IMG/VR virus record: IMGVR_UViG_3300046779_000482
Location: 1-31,614 of that record
DNA from: a virus
Taxonomy: Duplodnaviria > Caudoviricetes
Direction: 5' to 3' (one strand)
DNA length: 31,614 nucleotides
Made by a program: the position numbers and the translations under genes. The notes below the pieces were generated by a model. That model saw only the letters and a program-made list of their open reading frames with translations. It was not told the DNA's origin and searched no databases. Shown piece by piece: positions 24,819 to 31,614 of this stretch (the first letter of the stretch is position 1; each line of letters starts with the position of its first letter).

Positions 24819-25151
24819 ATGACTGACGAGCAAAAGAAGATTCTTACTTACTTGAGAAAGCGTAAGACACCGGCAGATCTAAAAGCAGTGAGGCTACAAA
24901 CAAAGATCGACAAACAAACGGCGGTCAACTGCCTAAATTCTCTGTTAAGAAAAGGATGTATAAAGGCAACTATTCAAATCAATGTGTATGCAAAGGAACG
25001 TGTTTGGGAGTGGGTTAAGGACGAATATGAGGCCAAGAAGGTGTCCAGGCCGAAGAAGAAGTTCAAGCCTATCTTAGCCAAACCTAAGCAGGAAGAAGAA
25101 GGTGTTGGCGTTAGTTTCTTTAATAATCCGTTCAATTTGAGGGTCGCATGA
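24819..25151 (+). CDS. Winged-helix-like DNA-binding protein
   Basis: MTDEQKKIL.YL...L..L...G.I pattern; basic C-terminus; start uncertain (24807-24819). Confidence 0.5.
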   Translation: MTDEQKKILTYLRKRKTPADLKAVRLQTKIDKQTAVNCLNSLLRKGCIKATIQINVYAKERVWEWVKDEYEAKKVSRPKKKFKPILAKPKQEEEGVGVSFFNNPFNLRVA

Positions 25152-25336
25152 ACTTACACGAAGCAGCAGCCATGAGTGCAGCACAAGACATCATCGAGCA
25201 GGCGCAGTCAACAAGTGCGTTAGAACAACGAGCGTTAGCGATCGTCAATCTTTCTGTAGAGCTACACAGGAAAGCCATAGACCTGAGACTGCAAGCAGAA
25301 GAGATTCTCAAAGAAATAAGGTATGGGTTAAAATGA
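25148..25336 (+). CDS. Hypothetical coiled-coil protein
   Basis: 62 aa; GAGGG RBS; ATGA overlap. Confidence 0.55.
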   Translation: MNLHEAAAMSAAQDIIEQAQSTSALEQRALAIVNLSVELHRKAIDLRLQAEEILKEIRYGLK

Positions 25337-25338
25337 AA

Positions 25339-25387
25339 GTTGGCTCCTTCCCCTCCTTTGCCCGACGCGATGTTGGGCGTTTTTTTG
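25339..25387 (+). ncRNA. Candidate anti-Shine-Dalgarno small RNA
   Basis: GTTGGCTCCTTCCCCTCCTTT followed by a terminator; TAAAAT at 25329-34; 11-nt complement to the RBS at 21276-86. Confidence 0.45.
25360..25387 (+). terminator. Rho-independent terminator ending the rightward early operon
   Basis: GCCCGAC-GCGAT-GTTGGGC stem-loop followed by T7. Confidence 0.75.
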
Positions 25388-25388
25388 T

Positions 25389-26090
25389 ATGAAAGCGGCG
25401 GTCTATACGGCGATCTTTGGTAACTATGACCCGTTGCACTATGCGGTCAGACAAAGCGTTCCTACGGCCTTCTACGCGATCCTGGATAGTGCTAAGAAGC
25501 CACAGGGATGGCAGCAAGTCATCACGAGCAGACGCTTTTCAGATCCGCGGATGGATGCCAAGTGGTTCAAGGTGTTTCCAGACAAGCTAGAGTTTGCTGA
25601 GGACTACGTGATCTGGATAGACGGGTCGATAAGGATCACAAGCCCTGAGTTTGTGGCTTACATGATCGACCAGGCCGGAGACACAATGGCGGCATTCCAA
25701 CACCCCTGGAGGACTTGTATCTATCAAGAGGCCGGAGAGTGTTGGGATATGGTCAAGTATCAAGACCAGCCTATCTTGGCTCAGGTCGAGCACTATCGGG
25801 ATCAAGGGTGGCCGCAGGATGCAGGTCTTATTGCTGGCGGGGTTTTATGTTGGAAGCGGAGTTACATCAACCCCCAGGCTAATCAAGACTGGTGGATCGA
25901 GATGATGAAATGGACGCTACAAGATCAACTGTCGTTTCCGATCATCGCAGACAGAAACGGGTTAGAGGTTAATGTTTGTACAGAAAACCTCATGGATAAC
26001 AAATACTTTCAGGTGGTAGCTCACCATAGGATGGCGGAGTATGAAAAAAGTTCCGATACTCATTTGTACGGTAGGGAGTCCAAGTCTTGA
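25389..26090 (+). CDS. DUF616 (TOD1/MUCI70-like) glycosyltransferase
   Basis: VYTAIFG.YD, IWIDGS, HP.R.CIY.EA and DQLSF motifs. Confidence 0.75.
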   Translation: MKAAVYTAIFGNYDPLHYAVRQSVPTAFYAILDSAKKPQGWQQVITSRRFSDPRMDAKWFKVFPDKLEFAEDYVIWIDGSIRITSPEFVAYMIDQAGDTMAAFQHPWRTCIYQEAGECWDMVKYQDQPILAQVEHYRDQGWPQDAGLIAGGVLCWKRSYINPQANQDWWIEMMKWTLQDQLSFPIIADRNGLEVNVCTENLMDNKYFQVVAHHRMAEYEKSSDTHLYGRESKS

Positions 26091-26733
26091 AATCACGTTG
26101 TCGTCAATCAAACTTTACGCCAAAGAAACGCCTATATATCTGTCGAGTCGGGCCGAGACAATGGACGAACGAGTTTACAAGTGGGTACTCAACTCGGCGG
26201 GTAACTTTGGTGATGCCTACAACCGGATCATGGACGACGCATTCCAGTACCACGATGCAGTCATCATTGCCAACGACGACATCTGCCTGACTCCAGACTC
26301 TTATAGACTCATTCTTGAGGATGCTAATCATCTTGAGAAGGCAGGGCATAAGGTCGGTGTTTTAGGGGCGAGGTCGGACAATATCTTAGAGGCCCAGAAC
26401 ATCCGGTTTGAGGGTGGTGCAAGAAACGGGTTAAAGTGGGCGGAAGAGCAGACGATCAAAGAGACGAGCGTCATTGCGCCGATCTTTGCTTACATCACGA
26501 AGGAAGCCTTCCAAGCGGTCAGGTTTCCTCCCATCAACTGGTTTTCAGATAACGTCTTTTGTCATACACTTACGGTATGTGACTTTAAGCATTTTGTTTC
26601 AAGGAGTTACGTTCATCACGCAGGCAGTCAAAGTGTGGGTAAGGACGACTCCAAGAACATCAAGGAGGCAGCAGCATGGCTGTGGAAAAACGAACCAGGG
26701 ATCGCAAGACATTACCGTCTCCCTACAAGCTAA
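26041..26733 (+). CDS. GT2-like glycosyltransferase
   Basis: NFG.AYN, IIANDD (DxD-like), WFSD, VHHAGSQS. Confidence 0.7.
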   Translation: MKKVPILICTVGSPSLEITLSSIKLYAKETPIYLSSRAETMDERVYKWVLNSAGNFGDAYNRIMDDAFQYHDAVIIANDDICLTPDSYRLILEDANHLEKAGHKVGVLGARSDNILEAQNIRFEGGARNGLKWAEEQTIKETSVIAPIFAYITKEAFQAVRFPPINWFSDNVFCHTLTVCDFKHFVSRSYVHHAGSQSVGKDDSKNIKEAAAWLWKNEPGIARHYRLPTS

Positions 26734-26800
26734 AAGTGCCTCCTGTACCCATCAGGTATGACAGGAAAGTAGGCATCCCTTTACAACCCAAGGAAAAGAA

Positions 26801-27193
26801 ATGAAAGGCTTGCTTTCCCCTAAAGTCATGATCGTTGTGAAGCAAAGCGATGAGAAGGAGGACGAGAGTTGTCCACTTCCAACGCAAGACGAGGCTTTGA
26901 ACGAAGAGAACAAGGCAATCGCAAAAGAGAAAGCAATGTATGGACCTGAACGAGAGGGCGATACGCAGTTCTGGCGTGATCTAGGTGCAAAGTGGCGTAT
27001 CTCTGCAAGCCAAGCCCAAGAGAGGCGTTGCGAGAATTGTGGATATTTCGACATGGAGATGCAGGATTGTCTACCTGAAGGTGTCGGGTACTGCCACGAG
27101 TGGAACTTCATGTGTGCGCCTGAGAAATCTTGTATGGAGTGGAAAAGTGAAGAAAACGAAAGCGGAGAAGAAGATCTCCAAGGTGATGACTGA
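26801..27193 (+). CDS. Cys-rich putative metal/Fe-S-binding protein
   Basis: CP..TQD...N..N, YGP, RCENCGYF, GYC..W.F.C....SC..W; acidic termini; AAGGA RBS. Confidence 0.6.
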   Translation: MKGLLSPKVMIVVKQSDEKEDESCPLPTQDEALNEENKAIAKEKAMYGPEREGDTQFWRDLGAKWRISASQAQERRCENCGYFDMEMQDCLPEGVGYCHEWNFMCAPEKSCMEWKSEENESGEEDLQGDD

Positions 27194-27305
27194 GTACAAC
27201 AAGGGTAAGTTGCACTCTGGAAGTAAGAAGGGTCCAGCAGTAACGAATCCCAAGCAAGCGATTGCGATTGCGCTTTCTGAAGCTGGCGTGAAGAAGAAGA
27301 AATGA
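27147..27305 (+). CDS. Small basic protein (DUF6496-like)
   Basis: GTG 27147 with GGAG at 27136-39; K..KVM.EY..G.LHSG..GP.V...KQAIAIALSEA. Confidence 0.7.
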   Translation: MKKTKAEKKISKVMTEYNKGKLHSGSKKGPAVTNPKQAIAIALSEAGVKKKK

Positions 27306-27598
27306 CTGCAGCCTGGACTCGTAAGGAAGGCAAGAACGCCAAAGGTGGTCTTAACGAAAAGGGCCGGAAGTCTTACGAGCGTGAGAATCCTGGGTCTAAT
27401 CTGAAGGCTCCTGTCAAAAGCGGCGATAACCCGCGTAGAGCCTCTTTTCTTGCGCGAATGGGTAACATGCCAGGCCCAGAGAGAAAACCCGATGGGAGCC
27501 CTACCAGACTTCTCTTAAGCCTAAAGGCGTGGGGTGCAAGTAGTAAGGCTGATGCTAAGGCAAAGGCTAAGGCTATCTCTGCGAGGAACAAGAAGTGA
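27302..27598 (+). CDS. Small basic protein (DUF6321-like)
   Basis: AW.RKEGKN..GGLN.KGR.SY, LKAP, R..SF.ARM, SL..W. Confidence 0.7.
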   Translation: MTAAWTRKEGKNAKGGLNEKGRKSYERENPGSNLKAPVKSGDNPRRASFLARMGNMPGPERKPDGSPTRLLLSLKAWGASSKADAKAKAKAISARNKK

Positions 27599-28734
27599 AG
27601 CGTAGAAAAGGACTGTTAGACGAGGAGAAGTTTCTTCCTCCGCTGCCTGAGCAACTACCGAGGGGCGTAAGTTCGCTGCCAGGGTACGGTCAGACAAGTC
27701 CTATCGCGCAGGGATTACTAGGGTTTACGGGTAGGCAACCCACTTACTCGGTGATGGACCCAGAGGCTCAGAAGATGTCTGAGGCTTACAGACTAGGTGA
27801 GCAAGCAAGTGTCGCTAGTCAGCTTTACGGGTCTGTGCTTCCTTTTGCGGTTGCGTCTACTATGGCAAATGCACAACGCGCTGGAAGCCTGCTAAGTCCG
27901 CTTACGGTATTTCATGGTTCTCCGCATAAGTTTAGTAAGTTTGATGCGAGCAAGATCGGCACAGGCGAAGGTGCTCAGGTGTACGGGCATGGCATTTACT
28001 TGGCTGAAAGTCCAGACGTAGCAAAACAGTACAAAGCGAGCACATCAGCAAGTATGTACGACACAACCGAAGGAGTTATTAGATCTTCTGACTTGGTAGG
28101 GGAGCTATTCAAACAATCTGGAAACGTGCCGAAAAATTTAGAGTCTGCGTATCAAGCAAAAGCAAACGAGGTTGTACGCGATTTAATAATGGGTAAGTCA
28201 TCATCAGAGATTGCGAGTGAAATACGTTTATCTAAGTATGGAAGAACTTATGGTGCATTAGCTGATGCAGTGGATCGTCTTGCGCCTAAAGCCGCTGGTG
28301 GGCAAATGTATAAAGCAGATCTGCCAGACGAAGAAATAGCAAAGATGCTAGATTGGGATAAGCCTCTAAGTCAGCAGCCAGAGGCGATACAAAAGATTGC
28401 AAAAGAATATGGCTTGACCAAAAACGCAAGCGGGACAGGAGAGGCTAAAGGTTCGTATATTTACCAAAGTTTAGCCACTCGTTTAGCACAGCCTCCGTTT
28501 AATGAAAAAAACCCTTTTAGTTCCGGCGCTCCGGCTGCGTCTGAAAGATTAAGAGAACTAGGTATTCCTGGTATTCGTTACTTAGACCAACGTTCTCGTG
28601 GGGACGTAAAAGGAACATCTAACTTCGTTGTATTCCCAGGCGAAGAATCTAAAGTGCGTATCATGGAAATAAACGGTAAGCCTGTAGTCATAGACGAAGA
28701 AGAGCTTATGAGATCAGGTCTGCTAGGTCGGTAA
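27595..28734 (+). CDS. Polyvalent-protein-type ADP-ribosyltransferase-fold (ART-PolyVal-like) protein
   Basis: FHGSPH.F.KFD.SKIGTGEGAQ.YG.G.Y.AE, LDWD.P, L...GIPGIRYLD and NFVVF motifs. Confidence 0.6.
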   Translation: MKRRKGLLDEEKFLPPLPEQLPRGVSSLPGYGQTSPIAQGLLGFTGRQPTYSVMDPEAQKMSEAYRLGEQASVASQLYGSVLPFAVASTMANAQRAGSLLSPLTVFHGSPHKFSKFDASKIGTGEGAQVYGHGIYLAESPDVAKQYKASTSASMYDTTEGVIRSSDLVGELFKQSGNVPKNLESAYQAKANEVVRDLIMGKSSSEIASEIRLSKYGRTYGALADAVDRLAPKAAGGQMYKADLPDEEIAKMLDWDKPLSQQPEAIQKIAKEYGLTKNASGTGEAKGSYIYQSLATRLAQPPFNEKNPFSSGAPAASERLRELGIPGIRYLDQRSRGDVKGTSNFVVFPGEESKVRIMEINGKPVVIDEEELMRSGLLGR

Positions 28735-28759
28735 CCGATGACCTCCAACGGAGAATACG

Positions 28760-30001
28760 GTGAGTCAAGTAGAAAAAGTTTTGATAGAAAAGCTCATTCC
28801 TTACGCAAGGAACGCAAGAACACATGACGAAGCACAAGTCTCGCAGATTGCGGCTTCCATAAAAGAGTTTGGGTTTAACAATCCAATCCTCATCTCCGAC
28901 GATTACTCAATCATTGCCGGCCACGGAAGGCTTGCCGCGGCGAGAAAGCTAGGGTTAGCAGAAGTTCCTGTTATCAGACTGTCTCATTTAAGCGACACTC
29001 AACGTAAGGCGTATGTGCTTGCTGATAACAGGCTTGCGCTAAACGCAGGGTGGGATAACGACTTACTTAAGCTAGAGTTGATCGAGCTAAAAGCAGAGGA
29101 CGTTGACCTCGAGATGCTTGGGTTCTCCGTAGAGGAGCTAGACGGTCTCTTAAATGCGCTCGAGCCAACAGAGGGATTGACCGACGAGGATGCTGTTCCT
29201 GAGCCTCCACCGGAGCCTATTACGAAGCCTGGGGACATTTGGATATTAGGCAAGCATAGGCTTATGTGCGGCGATAGTACGAGCGTGGATGCGGTTGAAA
29301 GGTTAATTGACGGGGCAGAAATTGATTTTCTTTTTACCAGTCCTCCATATAACGCAGGAGATTCTGAGAAGCTGTCTGGTAATACTCATACAACAGACAA
29401 TAAATATGCCACTTATCAAGACAATAAAACGCAAGATGATTATTTGACATTTCTTCGGTCTTTTACAAATGCGTGGATGTGGGTTTCAAAATGTTTGGCT
29501 ATAAACATTCAACAGTTAGCGGGAAATAAGATCGCTTTCTTAGAATATCTGCACTCTTATAAAAACAATTTGATTGACATAGCCATTTGGGACAAAAAAC
29601 ACGGGGCCCCACAAATAGCCAAAAATGTAATGTCTAATAGGTTTGAATATATTATTTTTTTATCGCAATGTGAAAACCCGTCTAGGGCGATACCGACTGC
29701 GAATTTTCAAGGTACGGTGCAAAATGTTTATGATGGATCTCCTAACAGAAACAATGAATTTTCAAATGTTCACGCGGCAACCTTTCCGGTTGATTTTCCT
29801 GAGTGGGCGATAAATAGTTTTACGAAACCAAAGTCAATTGTCGGCGATTGTTTTGGAGGTACTGGCACGACGCTTATTGCCTGCGAGAAAACAGGTCGGA
29901 CTTGTCGAATGATGGAACTAGACCCAAAATACTGCGATGTCATCGTCAAGCGATGGGAAGAATTCACTGGTAAGAAGGCAGAATTAGTTAGTGATCACTA
30001 A
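28760..30001 (+). CDS. ParB/Srx N-terminal domain fused to beta-class amino-DNA methyltransferase (probably N4-cytosine)
   Basis: ParB motifs NARTH, GF.NPI, IIAGHGR, ADN; MTase motifs TSPPY (IV), H.ATFP, DCFGGTG (I), MELDP.Y. Confidence 0.88.
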   Translation: MSQVEKVLIEKLIPYARNARTHDEAQVSQIAASIKEFGFNNPILISDDYSIIAGHGRLAAARKLGLAEVPVIRLSHLSDTQRKAYVLADNRLALNAGWDNDLLKLELIELKAEDVDLEMLGFSVEELDGLLNALEPTEGLTDEDAVPEPPPEPITKPGDIWILGKHRLMCGDSTSVDAVERLIDGAEIDFLFTSPPYNAGDSEKLSGNTHTTDNKYATYQDNKTQDDYLTFLRSFTNAWMWVSKCLAINIQQLAGNKIAFLEYLHSYKNNLIDIAIWDKKHGAPQIAKNVMSNRFEYIIFLSQCENPSRAIPTANFQGTVQNVYDGSPNRNNEFSNVHAATFPVDFPEWAINSFTKPKSIVGDCFGGTGTTLIACEKTGRTCRMMELDPKYCDVIVKRWEEFTGKKAELVSDH

Positions 30002-30018
30002 CTTTCGGAGTTAAAAAT

Positions 30019-30354
30019 ATGCAGGGCGTGTTGCATGAACCAACGGATGAGAACAGAAAGCTAGTCAGAGGGCTGGCCGCGGTTGGCGTTCGTCACGAGG
30101 ATATTGCCGCAAAGGTAGACCTAAGCGCGGATACGCTTGTCAAGTATTACAAGAGGGAGCTTGATGACGGTCGCGTGGATGCTAATGCCGCGGTAGCGAA
30201 AAGCCTCTATCAACAAGCCATGTCAGGAAATACCACGGCGATGATCTTTTGGCTAAAGACAAGGGCTAAATGGCATGAGAGCGTTAAGCACGAGATAACA
30301 GGTGAGAATGGCCAACCAGTTGCAATGCAGATCTCATGGGCGCAACCAGAATAA
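30019..30354 (+). CDS. terS: Terminase small subunit
   Basis: HTH-like N-terminus, A.IFWLK.RA.W, HEITG..G.P; directly upstream of TerL. Confidence 0.75.
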   Translation: MQGVLHEPTDENRKLVRGLAAVGVRHEDIAAKVDLSADTLVKYYKRELDDGRVDANAAVAKSLYQQAMSGNTTAMIFWLKTRAKWHESVKHEITGENGQPVAMQISWAQPE

Positions 30355-31592
30355 TTATTCCTTATGCGCCAAGGCCTCAGCAGCTAAGGATTCATGACGC
30401 GTTAGGAGAGAAGCGTTTTGCTGTTGTAGTGGCTCACAGAAGATTAGGAAAGTCGGTCTCCGCGGTTAATCACCTTATACGCGAGGCGATACAAAATAAC
30501 CGCGAGGCTCCGAGATATGCTTACATCGGGCCTACTTATTCCCAGACCAAGCGAGTTATCTGGGATTACCTCCTCAAGTTTACCCAACCACTTAACGCCA
30601 CTGCCAATATTGCGGAGCTACGGGTTGATTTCTGGGGCAGAAGGATTCAGCTTGCAGGATCTGATAACCCAGACTCTCTTAGAGGACAGTATTTCGATGG
30701 CGTTGTATTCGACGAATTTGGCGATCAAGACCCGCGTATCTGGTCGGAGGTGGTTCGTCCCGCCTTGTCCGATAGGATGGGATGGGCCTTATTCCTTGGG
30801 ACCCCAAAGGGAAACAACCACTTCAAGACCCTGAGAGACCATGCGTCAGAGCATAACGATTGGGCACTGCTTGAGTTCCGAGCATCAGAGACAGGTCTTA
30901 TCCCTCAGACTGAACTTGACGCAGCCAAGTCTGAAATGGGAGACGACAAGTATCTACAGGAGTTTGAGTGTTCCTTTGACTCAGCCATCGAGGGAAGTTA
31001 CTACGGACAACTTCTCAATGAGCTACCGTCTGAGCGATTCCACGACATCCCTGTAGATGGGTTAGCCAAAACTTACGCAGCCTGGGACTTAGGGATAGGC
31101 GACTCCACTGCGATCTGGGTTTGTCAGAGAGTTGGCCTAGAGACACGGCTCATTGACTTTGTGGAGAACCACGGTCAAGGACTTGACTGGTATGTGAACT
31201 GGCTGAGAACAAATCATTACGAATTAGCCGAGCAGTTATTGCCTCACGATGTGCAAGTCAGAGAGCTAGGCTCAGGAAGATCAAGGCTAGAACTCCTGCA
31301 AGAAGCAGGGCTAAACATCACGATTGTGCCGAGAATGGGTGTTGACGATGGGATACAAGCCGTGAGAAGGCTGATTCCCTATTGTTGGTTTGACTCCAAG
31401 ACTAAGCGCGGAGTGGACGCACTAAGGAATTATCGGCGACAATACGACGATAAGCGTCAAGTCTATTGGGATAAGCCTTTACATGATTGGGCATCTCATG
31501 CTTCTGACGCATTTCGGTATCTTGCGGTTGGCATGTCAGAAACAACGAGTTGGTCTAAGCCGCTGAAACCTAACGTATCTTGGGTGGTCTAA
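30336..31592 (+). CDS. terL: Terminase large subunit
   Basis: Walker A HRRLGKS, LRG, Walker B VVFDE, GTPKG; nuclease motifs WDLG..DSTA, LPHD, HDWASHASDAFRY. Confidence 0.95.
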   Translation: MGATRIIIPYAPRPQQLRIHDALGEKRFAVVVAHRRLGKSVSAVNHLIREAIQNNREAPRYAYIGPTYSQTKRVIWDYLLKFTQPLNATANIAELRVDFWGRRIQLAGSDNPDSLRGQYFDGVVFDEFGDQDPRIWSEVVRPALSDRMGWALFLGTPKGNNHFKTLRDHASEHNDWALLEFRASETGLIPQTELDAAKSEMGDDKYLQEFECSFDSAIEGSYYGQLLNELPSERFHDIPVDGLAKTYAAWDLGIGDSTAIWVCQRVGLETRLIDFVENHGQGLDWYVNWLRTNHYELAEQLLPHDVQVRELGSGRSRLELLQEAGLNITIVPRMGVDDGIQAVRRLIPYCWFDSKTKRGVDALRNYRRQYDDKRQVYWDKPLHDWASHASDAFRYLAVGMSETTSWSKPLKPNVSWVV

Positions 31593-31614
31593 ATGGATGA
31601 CGGACGATTAAAGG
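31593..31614 (+). CDS. Start of next gene, probably portal (partial)
   Basis: ATG immediately after the TerL stop (MDDGRLK...); identity inferred from gene order only. Confidence 0.4.

Noticed and set aside
28760-29150. ParB domain as evidence of a plasmid-prophage partition system
   Set aside because: It is a ParB/Srx domain fused to a methyltransferase, a common phage arrangement; no ParA gene or parS array is seen.

Overview
The window is a compact tailed dsDNA phage genome with a podovirus-like (P22/SU10-type) virion. It runs from the last codons of a probable scaffolding gene (1-83) to the first codons of a probable portal gene (31593 onward), so it may be nearly the whole genome. Gene order: major capsid, GT-A glycosyltransferase, adaptor, nozzle, four ejection-type proteins, repeat-rich tail fibre and Gly-rich proteins, then a lysis region (holin, HTH-metallophosphoesterase, GH108 endolysin, 3TM holin). 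Next are a leftward recombination operon (Sak-type annealase, NinB, YqaJ exonuclease, SSB-like), a control region at 21.28-22.14 kb and a rightward early/replication operon. Last come two more glycosyltransferases, small basic late proteins, an ART-PolyVal-like protein, a ParB-methyltransferase and the terminase. I see no integrase, CI-type repressor, DNA polymerase, primase, helicase, tRNA or CRISPR array. The most unusual signals are non-coding: (1) twin outward-facing early promoters, each with a TGTCA-N6-CGACA dyad at the same distance from its -10 element; (2) a promoter-driven ~370-nt structured region with a kissing-loop/terminator element, upstream of a replication protein that lacks the usual DNA-binding domain; (3) a ~50-nt terminator-ended anti-Shine-Dalgarno RNA candidate with perfect 11-nt complementarity to the RBS of the first early gene. 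Family assignments come from recognising motifs by eye, not from database searches.
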